A DNA stretch of 61,383 nt from Vulcanimicrobiota bacterium (GCA_030041115.1 JASHOM010000097.1:1-61383), one strand, 5' to 3'. Positions 29,481 through 38,359 are shown, counted from the stretch's first letter. Notes: a model not told the origin generated them from the sequence alone. Program-made: numbers and translations.

Positions 29481-30497
29481 CTACTGCGATTCGCCCACGG
29501 AAACCGTCACGCCGGTGACCTCCGGGTAACGAACGTCGCCCACGTTCTTTATCTGCCGACGCGGGACGCCACCTGCCGGATATCGCCACAGGAAAGCGTC
29601 CTCATAGCCTCGCTTGGCATAGCCGGTGCCGACGATCGTGCCGCCCTGAATCCAGGTCTGCCCATTGTAATGATTTTTTGAGCTGCTTACTTCCGTCGTG
29701 CCGGCGACCGTTGCGCTGCTTCCCGAAATACGCAGCCGGTAGATCAGCACCGGCTTACGGTTAGGGTAGGAAGTTACCGTCACATATTTTCCGTCCCATT
29801 GCACCGATGGCAAAAGCGTATAGGTGTAGATTTTTTCGTTGAAAGCGATCTGTTCAAATTCGCTACTGCCGGCTGCTAATCGCACTAGCTGCGCTTGATC
29901 TCCATTATACTGACTCGGCGCCGAGAGATAAAGGTTTCCTTTATTGTCGTAACCGCAGTAATAGAAGCCAGAGTTCGAGCTGTAATACATCTTCGGACTT
30001 CCCGAAGCATCCTTGAATATCGCAACACCGTCTCCGGATGCCGCCAGGTTGCCCGTCGTCGGATCAACGGCGCAACCGAAAGCCGCGACCGGATCGCTCA
30101 GCGTCGCAACGGGGCTCGTACCACCGTGGGCGTACTCGTAAATGGTGTGCGATGAGCTGGAGGAAGTAACCACGAATACGTCGCCCGCGGAGTCGGTACA
30201 CTCGCCATACGGCTGCGAGAAGCCCGTTAACGTTCCAACGAGGTGCCCATCGGGATACGTATAGACGTAAACGTCTCCACTGTAGCTGTCCACGACCAGC
30301 CCAGCCGCAACGTAAAGCAGACTCTGGCTCGAAGCGTTGCGCTCCATCCACGACCCCGGAGCGCGCTCAGCTAAGCTTGGCATTGCGCCTTGCGGGCCGC
30401 CGGCGGCCGGCGTCGCGTGCGAGATGCATCCGGACAACACCGCCGCACCGTAGATGCCTACCGCATAACGCTCGAAATGACGAATTCGCATTGCCAT
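29481..30497 (-). CDS. Secreted beta-propeller lipoprotein
   Basis: Lipobox LSGC; SWM..SLLYV, YEYAHGGTSP, GCAVDPTTGNLA, YCGYDNKGNL and VQWDGK motifs; GAGGAG RBS. Confidence 0.82.
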   Translation of the reverse strand: MAMRIRHFERYAVGIYGAAVLSGCISHATPAAGGPQGAMPSLAERAPGSWMERNASSQSLLYVAAGLVVDSYSGDVYVYTYPDGHLVGTLTGFSQPYGECTDSAGDVFVVTSSSSSHTIYEYAHGGTSPVATLSDPVAAFGCAVDPTTGNLAASGDGVAIFKDASGSPKMYYSSNSGFYYCGYDNKGNLYLSAPSQYNGDQAQLVRLAAGSSEFEQIAFNEKIYTYTLLPSVQWDGKYVTVTSYPNRKPVLIYRLRISGSSATVAGTTEVSSSKNHYNGQTWIQGGTIVGTGYAKRGYEDAFLWRYPAGGVPRRQIKNVGDVRYPEVTGVTVSVGESQ

Positions 30498-30507
30498 TGC
30501 TCCTCGT

Positions 30508-30880
30508 TTATTTGCCGATCCACGAGAAATATGTTGGCGTTCCGCTGAAGTAGATGTCGTCGCTGGTGTGCCCGCCACCACCCGCAGGGTCCACACAATT
30601 AAAGAACCACGAGCTTCCTGGCCCGGTCGGGGTAATGAGGAAATGAAAGAATGCCGACCCACTCATGCTGCCCAAGACTCCGCCGCCGCCCGACCCGTCG
30701 ATGTCGCATTGGTCCGGAACGGTAAACCCGCTCGATGAGGCGACTACGGGAAAGGTTTGCTGCGGAATAAATGGTCTCCCGCCAACGGGATTTGCTTGAC
30801 TCATCGCCTCTAGCAGGCACTTAACGCCGAGGTAGGCGTCGCTGCCGGCTGCACGATATAGTAACCGCAACCGGGCACTT
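30508..30880 (-). pseudogene. Internally deleted paralog of the 35894-37534 beta-helix protein
   Basis: FIPQQTF, VPDQCDIDGSGGGG, FHF, FNCV and GHTS match the N-terminal part of that protein and run straight into its C-terminal motif YFSG..F.WIGK. Confidence 0.8.
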
Positions 30881-30943
30881 CGCTTCGATCGGGGGGGCCT
30901 CCACGTCGCCAGCGCTACCTCGGCGACCTCGTGGAATCGCCGG

Positions 30944-31645
30944 CTAGACGGTCGCCTTCACGCGATTGGGATCGACCTTCACGCCCGGGCCCATCGTACT
31001 TGCTAGGGTGACGCTGCGAAGGTATGTTCCTTTCGCGGCCGACGGCTTTGCGCGGACGATGGCGTCGAGCAGGGTCGTCACGTTTTCGACGAGTTGGGCC
31101 TCCTCGAAACTGGCTTTGCCGACGATCGTGTGGATGATGCCCGTCTTGTCCAGGCGAAACTCGACTTTGCCGGCCTTGATGTCGCGAATCGCGTTGCCGA
31201 CGTTCGGCGTCACGGTTCCCGCTTTGGGATTCGGCATCTTCTGCGCCAAGATGCGGCCCAGCTCTTTGCCGACCTGAGCCATCATGTCGGGCGTTGCGAC
31301 GGCGACGTCGAACTCGCTAAAGCCCCCTTTGACCTTGTCGATGAGATCTTGATCGCCCACAAAGTCCGCGCCGGCTTCCTGCGCGGCCTTCGCATTATCG
31401 CCCTTTGCAAAGGCGATCACGCGCACCGAGCGTCCGGTTCCGTGCGGCAGCAGGACGGTACCGCGTACGCTTTGATCGCTCTTTTTCGGATCGACGCCGA
31501 GCCGCACGTGCGCCTCAACCGTCTCGTTGAACTTGGCGTTGGCGTTTTTCTTGACGACCGCTACCGCCTCCGGCGTCGAGAACAGCCGGCGGCGGTCGAA
31601 CCCTTGGACCAGCGTTTTGAAGCGCTTTCCGTGATGTTGCGCCAT
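30944..31645 (-). CDS. rplA: 50S ribosomal protein L1
   Basis: [35 protein letters not shown] and STMGPG motifs. Confidence 0.98.
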   Translation of the reverse strand: MAQHHGKRFKTLVQGFDRRRLFSTPEAVAVVKKNANAKFNETVEAHVRLGVDPKKSDQSVRGTVLLPHGTGRSVRVIAFAKGDNAKAAQEAGADFVGDQDLIDKVKGGFSEFDVAVATPDMMAQVGKELGRILAQKMPNPKAGTVTPNVGNAIRDIKAGKVEFRLDKTGIIHTIVGKASFEEAQLVENVTTLLDAIVRAKPSAAKGTYLRSVTLASTMGPGVKVDPNRVKATV

Positions 31646-31646
31646 C

Positions 31647-32072
31647 CTACGCCTCCACCTCGACACCCATCGATCGCGCCGTGCCCGCGACGATCTTCTT
31701 CGCCGCTTCCATATCGTTGGCGTTGATGTCGGGCATCTTCACCTTGGCGATCTCTTCGAGTTGCTTCTGGGTTAGCTTGCCGACCTTGTTACGGTTGGGT
31801 TCTTTGCTCCCGGACTCGATCTTGAGCGCCTGTTTGATGAGAAATGACGCCGGCGGGGTCTTGGTGATGAACGTAAACGTCCGATCTTCAAAGACCGTAA
31901 TCTCGACGGGAACGATCATCCCGGCCTGCGACGCGGTACGCTCGTTGTACTGCCTGCAGAAATCCATGATGTTGAGCGAGTATGGTCCGAGCGCGGGACC
32001 GATCGGAGGTGCCGGCGTCGCTTTGCCGGCGGGAATTTGCAGGCCGATCTTGCCTACGACCTTTTTAGCCAC
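31647..32072 (-). CDS. rplK: 50S ribosomal protein L11
   Basis: [21 protein letters not shown] and GTARSMG motifs. Confidence 0.98.
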   Translation of the reverse strand: MAKKVVGKIGLQIPAGKATPAPPIGPALGPYSLNIMDFCRQYNERTASQAGMIVPVEITVFEDRTFTFITKTPPASFLIKQALKIESGSKEPNRNKVGKLTQKQLEEIAKVKMPDINANDMEAAKKIVAGTARSMGVEVEA

Positions 32073-32161
32073 GAATTATCTCCTATTCGAAACGAGTTTC
32101 TCCCCCTACGTTGTGCTTACGAGCGTCGGGGTGTGCGCTCGCGCCTTTCCAGCCCCCGCCT

Positions 32162-32185
32162 TGTCATCCTGAGCTTGTCGAAGGA
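32162..32185. repeat. Short interspersed REP-like element TGTCATCCTGAGCTTGTCGAAGGA
   Basis: Intergenic between nusG and rplK; a degenerate copy lies at 33160-33181. Confidence 0.5.
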
Positions 32186-32192
32186 CCGTCGC

Positions 32193-32894
32193 TTAAACTT
32201 TTTCGACTTGGAAGAACTCTAGTTCGACGGGCGTTTCGCGGCCGAAGATCGAGATGAGCGCGCGCAAGCGTTCCTTCTCCGGCGCAATCTCGTCGACGAC
32301 GCCGGTGAAATCGAAGAACGGACCCGACGTCACCTTGACGCGGTCGCCCTTCTTGAAGTCGATCTTCAGTTTCGGCGCCTCGATGCCCATCTGCTTGAGA
32401 ATGGTCTTTACTTCTTTTTCTTGCAGCGGCACGGGCTTCTCGCCTGGGCCGGGGCTGCCGACGAATCCCGTCACGCCTTGCGTGTTGCGCACGACGTACC
32501 ACGACTGATCGTCCATGATCATCTCGACGAGAACGTAGCCCGGAAAGACCTTCTTCGGAGTGATCTTACGCTTGCCGTCTTTGAATTCGACCTCGTCCTC
32601 CATCGGAACGAGCACGCGAAAGATCTTGTCCTGCATCCCCATCGAATGAATGCGCCGCTCGAGGTTTGCCTTGACCTTGTTCTCGTAGCCGGAATAGGTG
32701 TGAACCACGAACCAGTTTCGGTTGTCCTTGGGACGCGGCGCGAAGGGTTCTTCGGTCTCGGGCTCCTCGCTGACGGCATCCTGCGCGACCTCTTCGATCG
32801 TTTCGGAAAGATCGCCCATTTCGAGGTCGTCGATGATCGCTTTTTCGACCAACGGCTGTTCCGTACCGAGTTCTTGGTGTTCGATGTCGTACAT
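32193..32894 (-). CDS. nusG: Transcription termination/antitermination factor NusG with acidic N-terminal extension
   Basis: WFVVHTYSGYENKVK, FPGYVLVEM, VRNTQGVTGFVG, KOW GPF and SIFGRETPVEL motifs. Confidence 0.97.
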   Translation of the reverse strand: MYDIEHQELGTEQPLVEKAIIDDLEMGDLSETIEEVAQDAVSEEPETEEPFAPRPKDNRNWFVVHTYSGYENKVKANLERRIHSMGMQDKIFRVLVPMEDEVEFKDGKRKITPKKVFPGYVLVEMIMDDQSWYVVRNTQGVTGFVGSPGPGEKPVPLQEKEVKTILKQMGIEAPKLKIDFKKGDRVKVTSGPFFDFTGVVDEIAPEKERLRALISIFGRETPVELEFFQVEKV

Positions 32895-32902
32895 GCCGTG
32901 CG

Positions 32903-33136
32903 CTATTGCGTAAGACCCGTCACGCTGGGATGGATCACGTTGAAGAGCCATCCGAAGAGCTGGTCGAGGATGAAGGTGAACAGTCCGATGCCTACGACCA
33001 AAACGACCGTCAGCACGGTCGCTGAGATCCATTCTTCCCGCGTCGGCCAGGTCACGCGCCGAAGCTCCGCGATGACTCCGCGGACGAAATCGCCGCCCGC
33101 AAGCGACTGGGCCGTTCTCTTCTGCTGTTCGTTCAC
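32903..33136 (-). CDS. secE: Preprotein translocase subunit SecE
   Basis: ELRRVTWPTREE plus a single TM helix; lies between tRNA-Trp and nusG. Confidence 0.95.
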   Translation of the reverse strand: MNEQQKRTAQSLAGGDFVRGVIAELRRVTWPTREEWISATVLTVVLVVGIGLFTFILDQLFGWLFNVIHPSVTGLTQ

Positions 33137-33181
33137 CAAAGGTTCACTTCCAAAAAACTTTACCCTGAACTTGTCAAGGGG

Positions 33182-33257
33182 TGGCAGGGCGGACAGGACT
33201 CGAACCTGCAACAACTGGTTTTGGAGACCAGGACTCTACCAATTGAGCTACCGCCCT
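33182..33257 (-). tRNA. tRNA-Trp (CCA)
   Basis: AGGGCGGTAGCTCAATTGGTAGAG..CTGGT CT CCA AA ACCAG..GGTTCGAGTCC..CGCCCTGCCA; canonical position before secE. Confidence 0.97.
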
Positions 33258-33420
33258 ATCGCGTCTCCCTGTGCGGCTTATGGCAGCGGCAAAAGCGGCA
33301 GTATTTGCTGAGCTCCAGCCGGTCCGTGGTCTTCGTTTTGTTTTTCTGCGTGTTGTAATTGCGGCGCTTGCACTGGGTGCAGGCAAGAACCACCATCACG
33401 CGCGTCTCTTTCTTTGCCAT
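33256..33420 (-). CDS. rpmG: 50S ribosomal protein L33 (Zn-binding type; not in the ORF track)
   Basis: [54 protein letters not shown]. Confidence 0.96.
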   Translation of the reverse strand: MAKKETRVMVVLACTQCKRRNYNTQKNKTKTTDRLELSKYCRFCRCHKPHRETR

Positions 33421-33538
33421 CAGTAGTCTACCACAACATGAATAAAACGGACCGGCGGTCCGTTCCAGAAACCCATGCTAGCACACCCGTCCTCGGCTCG
33501 CAACGGGTGCCTCGGGCCATCAAAGCAAGCAAGCGTCG

Positions 33539-33613
33539 TGCGCCCGGCCAGAATCGAACTGGCAACCTTGGGCTTAGGAGTCCCCTGCTCTATCCAGTTT
33601 GAGCTACGGGCGC
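33539..33613 (-). tRNA. tRNA-Arg (CCT) with a weak anticodon stem and no encoded CCA
   Basis: GCGCCCGTAGCTCAAACTGGATAGAGCA-GGGGA-CTCCTAA-GCCCA-AGGTT-GCCAGTTCGATTCTGGC-CGGGCGCA. Confidence 0.85.
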
Positions 33614-33718
33614 GCAGGGTGATTTTGCTTATTCTACGAGACTTTTCTTGCTTCTGTTAATGTTTGCCGGGTTCGGCGTCGGTTGCCGCGAGATTCTCGC
33701 CGGCCGCCCGACGAGCCG

Positions 33719-33850
33719 CTACGATCGCGCCTTCGATTTAGACGACGGCACCCTCCTGGGCGCCCGCAACCAAACATGGCCGCAGACATTCAGCGTCGTT
33801 GCGGCGAGCGCATGCCCGAGAACCGCCGTCACTGTTCTGAGGTCGTTCTC
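33719..33850 (-). pseudogene. C-terminal remnant of a tyrosine recombinase/integrase
   Basis: DLRTVTAVLGHALAATTLNVCGH matches integrase box II (LGH..TT..YxH) with the catalytic Tyr replaced by Cys. Confidence 0.7.
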
Positions 33851-33900
33851 GGCCTGGGAGCGCTTGCGTCGCGCGAAGCGGCTCTTGAACGCTCCAGGAC

Positions 33901-34195
33901 CTGAGCGCTCTCGATCGGGGGGCAACACCCGACGCTCCAGCAGCGGATGCGGTCGGGCGCCGAAACCTCGCCGATACTAAAGCCAGCCTCAGCAGCCCAG
34001 CATACAAAGCCTCCGGTTCGCTGCTCTTCGTGGCCAACTCCGCCCTGAACGAACGACCGCTGACCATTTACAATGCTCGTGCGGATAATCCCAAGCCGAT
34101 CGCTACGATAAGCAAGGATATCTACAGCTCTAGAGGGGTCTGCATCGACAGCGAAGGCACGCTTTACGTTACCAACGCCGGCAACGGAGTGGCCA
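33901..34195 (+). pseudogene. Truncated beta-propeller lipoprotein fragment
   Basis: Frame reads SGSLLFVANS..KPIATISKDIYSSRGVCIDSEGTLYVTNAG, paralogous to 38359-39321, and is cut by the IS110 remnant. Confidence 0.7.
33921..33975 (+). repeat. 55-bp direct repeat, copy 1 (copy 2 at 38305-38359)
   Basis: GGCAACACCCGACGCTCCAGCAGCGGATGCGGTCGGGCGCCGAAACCTCGCCGAT; 51/55 identical by eye. Confidence 0.9.
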
Positions 34196-34810
34196 GGGGT
34201 GTCGAACCGCCGACCGGACTTGAGCGTTCCGTACGCCAAGATGAGGAGGCGTCGCATGACGGCAACGATGATCTGCTTGCCGCGCTTGCCCGCACGACGC
34301 AGCTGGTCGGCAAAAGCCTTGAGGGTGGGGATTGCTGCGGATCGCAGCCATTGCCGGCATGGAGAGCATGCGTCGCAGATGGGCATTGCCTGTCTTGGAC
34401 AGCCACGACGCCGAAACGGACCTGCCCGAACGAACCTCACGCGGGCACAGTCCAGCAAACGCAGACAGCGCCTTCGCATTGCGAAACTCGGTGATACGTG
34501 GAATCTCCCCAAGAATCGTGACGGCGAGGCGCTCGCCGATGCCCGGGATCGACGTCAACAGTTCGCGCCGTTCTCGCAGCGTCGGGTCGTTATCGATGAT
34601 CGAGCGGATCTGCGCGTCAATGTCGTCGATCTGGCGGTCCAGGAAAGCAATCGTTGCCTCAAGCGATTCTCGAACGTCGGCCGCCCCCGGAGCACCGAGC
34701 CGATTCGACTCTTGGCAACGGCGGCATTATCCTGAACCCACCGGCACAATTAAACTGGAGCGCGCGGCTCGGTTCCCTGTTCCAGCCGGCAAAACGTAGT
34801 CGAGGCGACG
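34195..34810 (-). mobile_element. IS110-family transposase remnant (frameshifted, 5'-truncated)
   Basis: TSIPGIGERLAVTILGEI..AFAGLCP..SG..SKTGNAHLRRML; after a frameshift, GKRGKQIIVAVMRRLLILAYGTLKSGRRFD. Confidence 0.88.
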
Positions 34811-34827
34811 CGGTCGGGAGCCGGGTG

Positions 34828-35868
34828 CTAATGCGATGATGGAATTGAAACGGTTACACCGTAGAACGTGCCTATGTCTTTTGCCGGGACATCGCCGATC
34901 TTACGTGCGGGTTTGCCTCCCTTTGGGTAACGCCAGACCCCAACATGCCCGGTCCCCCTGTAATAATAGACTCCAAGGATCCGCTTCCCCTGAATCCAGC
35001 TCTGACCGGCGTGATTGTTATTGCGCGTCTCCAGCTTCGCAGTGCCAATCACCTTAGCGTCGCTTCCCGTGATTTCTAAGCGGAATACCGAGACGAGTCC
35101 ACTCGCGTGTCCTTCGTCGCTCGGGACCGAGGAAATCGTCACGTCCTTTCCATCCCATTGGACTGAGGGCAGAAATCCGATGTGGGCGTAGATTGCATGG
35201 TTGAGGTTAATCGCGTCGATGGAGCCGCTGCCGTGAGCCAGACGAGCCAGCCCTAGGCGAGGCGCCGAGCCGATGCTCACCGGCAGGTACAGATTTCCTT
35301 TCTCATCGTATCCGCAGAAACCGTAAGGCGACATGTCTGAAGTGGTGTAATACAGCGTTGGATTGCCCCGAGCTCCGGCGTAGATCGCCACGCTTCCGAG
35401 ATTTGCTGCGGCTAGATTTCCCGTGGTGGGATCAACGGCACAGCCCCAAGCCTTGCCGGGATCGCCGAGCGTTGCAATCGGGCTAGTACCACCGTGCGCG
35501 TACTCGTAGATCGTGCTTGCATTGCGCGAACTGTTCACATATGCGGTAATGAACACGTCGCCGTCAGAATCGGAGCACTCACCGGCCGGACCGACAAAAC
35601 CCGTGAGAGTGCCGACGAGTTCGCCCTGCGGATAGCTATAAACGTAAACATATCCGCTGTAAAAATTCGAAACGTAGAGCAGATCCCCGCCCGACACGCT
35701 GGCTCTCATCCAGGATCGCCCAAGAGCCTGACGTTCTCCCGGTGGGAACACCGCGCCGCCCGCGGCAGCGCCCGGGATCGCCGCAGTGCGCTCACCTCCG
35801 CAGCCTGAGAGCAATGCCACACTTGCACAAATGCTGACCGCGTCGCGGCCTAAATTAAGCCATCCCAT
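34828..35868 (-). CDS. Secreted beta-propeller lipoprotein
   Basis: Lipobox LSGC; RSWM..GDLLYV, YEYAHGGTSP, GCAVDPTTGNLA, FCGYDEKGNL and VQWDGK motifs. Confidence 0.82.
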   Translation of the reverse strand: MGWLNLGRDAVSICASVALLSGCGGERTAAIPGAAAGGAVFPPGERQALGRSWMRASVSGGDLLYVSNFYSGYVYVYSYPQGELVGTLTGFVGPAGECSDSDGDVFITAYVNSSRNASTIYEYAHGGTSPIATLGDPGKAWGCAVDPTTGNLAAANLGSVAIYAGARGNPTLYYTTSDMSPYGFCGYDEKGNLYLPVSIGSAPRLGLARLAHGSGSIDAINLNHAIYAHIGFLPSVQWDGKDVTISSVPSDEGHASGLVSVFRLEITGSDAKVIGTAKLETRNNNHAGQSWIQGKRILGVYYYRGTGHVGVWRYPKGGKPARKIGDVPAKDIGTFYGVTVSIPSSH

Positions 35869-35893
35869 CCTGCCTTCCCCTCTCCTAGTCATT

Positions 35894-37534
35894 TCACTTG
35901 CCGATCCACTGGAATACCAACGGCGCGCCACTGAAATAGAAGCTGTCGTACGGACTTGGCAAAAAAATTATCCCGGAATTCATACTGATTCCTTGTCCAA
36001 ACACGTAAACGGTGACGGGGGTGCTGTTCGTGAACATGAAAAGCGACGGCCCGAAGTATGGAGTCGAACACGTTGCGGCGCTGACAGCCTGACCTGAACC
36101 GACCGGCGGAACTCCGCCATTCAGCGCCGTCCCCACATCGTTGTAGCCGTGGCAGTTCGTTATAAAGAGCCCATTGCTGGCGATGGCTCCGGTGACACTC
36201 ACGGGACTGCCAGAGTATCCGTACATGTCGCACGAATCAACCGTCACCGTGCCGGCGGGACTCCCCGAAACCTCCAACGCGTAGAGTTGGCTCCTTACAT
36301 TTTGCGCGTTGTCGTATTTTGGCCGGAGGTTCGCCCCCAAAATCGTCACGTCGCCGCAGGCTCCGGTTATCGCGACCCCCGCGGACGCTGTGCCGTTACC
36401 GGAATACATGCCTCCGATCACGCGGATGTTCTGCCCCGTGTTAATCTCTAGCCCGTGACCGAGTCCCTGATAGATCGTCAGGTTGTCGAGCTCAATGTCA
36501 CTAACGTTTTTGTTCGCTCCGCCGTTGGTGCCAATATAGAATAGCGATTCCGCGTAGGTCGAGTCCGCGCTGAGCGAGAACGTACAGCTCTCATATTTAT
36601 CGCCGAAGATTGTCCCGTCAGAACCAGGCGGCATCATATAAACGCACCTTTGATTTGCGTCACACTCGATTTTCGAGAAGTGGCCGAACTTCGTAGCTCC
36701 GCCGGCCAGGCTGTAGTTTATTCCAAAGTCAAACGAGGATATGTGCATATTGGAAACGACGACGTGCTCGGTGCCGTTCTCAACTGCAATGGCTGTGCAT
36801 CCGGTCGGATCGCCAAGCGTGTCCTGCATAAAAACGCTCGGGCCTATTACGAAGGTTTGCACAGCTCCAAGGATCACCATCGTGGCATTTGCTGGCGAGC
36901 CAGATTGATATTGGATCGTGCACCGAACCAAGCCGCACGAGTTAGCCTGCGCGTTGAACGCTACGGGACAGTTTACGAAATTGCAATCGACCGCTTGGCA
37001 GTTCCACACGCTGGCATAAATGCACGTGTCCGCTGATGTCGGCGTGGGACTATTGCCCCACTCGAACGCTAGGCCGCAGAAATATACGCCGCCGCTGGTG
37101 TGCCCCGAGGTTACGCAGTTAAAGAGATAGCTTTGCGTATCGTCGCCGTAGGGAGTTACGGTGAAGTGGTAAAAGGTGTTGCTACCGGCGAGTCCGCCGC
37201 CTCCCGATCCGGTGATTTGGCACTGGTCAGGGACGCTGTAGCCAGCAGGCGTTGCACTTACTGTAAAGGCCTGCTGCGGGATGAATGCCAACCCGCCGCT
37301 CGCGATCATTGTCGCACTAGGACTGGCCATTACGCCGAGCATGGTGCTCAACGCCGTACTGGCGTTCTTGCCCTCGAGCAAGTACCAGTAGCCAAAATTA
37401 TAAATCGACATGTCCTCGAAGTCGCAGTCGTAGGCGATCGACGTAGAACAACGCGGCTGGCGATCCTGGAGCAACTCAGCCTCGCGGAGAGCCACCTTAT
37501 CAAGCGGTGATCGCCAAAGCGACAATATTTCCAT
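35894..37534 (-). CDS. Right-handed beta-helix-like (pectin lyase/tailspike-like) protein
   Basis: 546 aa, rich in G/S/T/N/C, with short beta-turn repeats (VVVSNMHI, IELDNLTI, NIRVIGG, VTVDSC); GGAAGG RBS; no clear signal peptide. The fold is inferred. Confidence 0.6.
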   Translation of the reverse strand: MEILSLWRSPLDKVALREAELLQDRQPRCSTSIAYDCDFEDMSIYNFGYWYLLEGKNASTALSTMLGVMASPSATMIASGGLAFIPQQAFTVSATPAGYSVPDQCQITGSGGGGLAGSNTFYHFTVTPYGDDTQSYLFNCVTSGHTSGGVYFCGLAFEWGNSPTPTSADTCIYASVWNCQAVDCNFVNCPVAFNAQANSCGLVRCTIQYQSGSPANATMVILGAVQTFVIGPSVFMQDTLGDPTGCTAIAVENGTEHVVVSNMHISSFDFGINYSLAGGATKFGHFSKIECDANQRCVYMMPPGSDGTIFGDKYESCTFSLSADSTYAESLFYIGTNGGANKNVSDIELDNLTIYQGLGHGLEINTGQNIRVIGGMYSGNGTASAGVAITGACGDVTILGANLRPKYDNAQNVRSQLYALEVSGSPAGTVTVDSCDMYGYSGSPVSVTGAIASNGLFITNCHGYNDVGTALNGGVPPVGSGQAVSAATCSTPYFGPSLFMFTNSTPVTVYVFGQGISMNSGIIFLPSPYDSFYFSGAPLVFQWIGK

Positions 37535-37819
37535 CGTAAGTCCTTCCCTGTCGAGCCGCGGTCAGCAGCCTCCGTTCATCCGACGATGCAGTAGTCGATG
37601 AGCGTCATCCGAGTTCCAGCCCCCCCCCACGTTCCTAGCAGTGCAGGCAGTCGGGGCCGCCGGCTCGCGGTTCCTGCTGAGCCGGCTTGCCGCGGCGTCG
37701 ACGAATAGGAACACCGGGCACCCGGAAATTGCCGGTTTTGACGATGCCGGAAAATCCCCGCGTTTGCCTTGCAAGGCCGCCGTCTTCGTGGCCGTGCTCT
37801 TGCTCGACGATATCCCCGC

Positions 37820-38148
37820 GCCCCTGTCCACGATGAAGACCTCTCCTGCCCTGGCCGAACAAAGACCCCCGCGGCGAGTCAAACCCGGAGAGCATTCCGA
37901 CGACCTTGCCCTGAGGGTATGAGAAAACCTGAACCTCGCCTGTTAGGGTACGGGCTCGAGATGTAGAGCAAGTCGCCGCTCTCCGCTTTCGCCCGCATCC
38001 ACGATCGGCTGGACGGCATAGCGCCTGCCCCCGTCGCCTGCAGTGCCGGTACGGTGATATTCCGCGTAGAAACTGCGCCGCAAGCTGCCAGAAGGGCACA
38101 GCAGCCGCAGGTACTTGCTCCTCGAACCAACCGCGAAGATATTGTCAT
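37820..38148 (-). pseudogene. Frameshifted, truncated beta-propeller lipoprotein
   Basis: LAAC lipobox and SRSWMRAKAESGDLLYIS, then other frames give VQVFSYPQGKVVGMLSGFDSPRG and GLCS..GEVFIVD. Confidence 0.78.
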
Positions 38149-38304
38149 AAACGGCCCGGGAACCGAGCGTTCTCGAGCTGAACGTTTCTAGCCGATTCTG
38201 TTGAGAAATCAGCTTCAGAAGCAATGAACATTCTAAGGTTCAACCCTTGCCCTCTACCTCTGCGCTGCTTGGCGGCTGCGGCGGGGCGCAGCCGGCACTC
38301 GGAG

Positions 38305-38359
38305 GGCAGCACCTCACGCTCCAGCAGCGGATGCGGTCGGGCGCCGCAACCTCGCCGAT
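38305..38359 (+). repeat. 55-bp direct repeat, copy 2, inside a frameshifted lipoprotein N-terminal remnant (38224-38362)
   Basis: Matches 33921-33975; preceded by an orphan lipobox ALLGGCGGAQP. Confidence 0.88.

Noticed and set aside
33160..33181. TTGACA as a secE promoter
   Set aside because: No -10 element at the proper spacing; better explained as a degenerate copy of the 32162 repeat.
34195..34830. Active IS110 with a bridge RNA
   Set aside because: The N-terminal DEDD domain and the upstream non-coding end are missing; only a frameshifted 3' remnant remains.
33921..38359. 55-bp repeat as attL/attR of the island, or as a DGR template/variable repeat pair
   Set aside because: It is unrelated to the tRNA sequence and lies within lipoprotein coding remnants. 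The mismatches are not confined to adenines, and there is no reverse transcriptase in the window.
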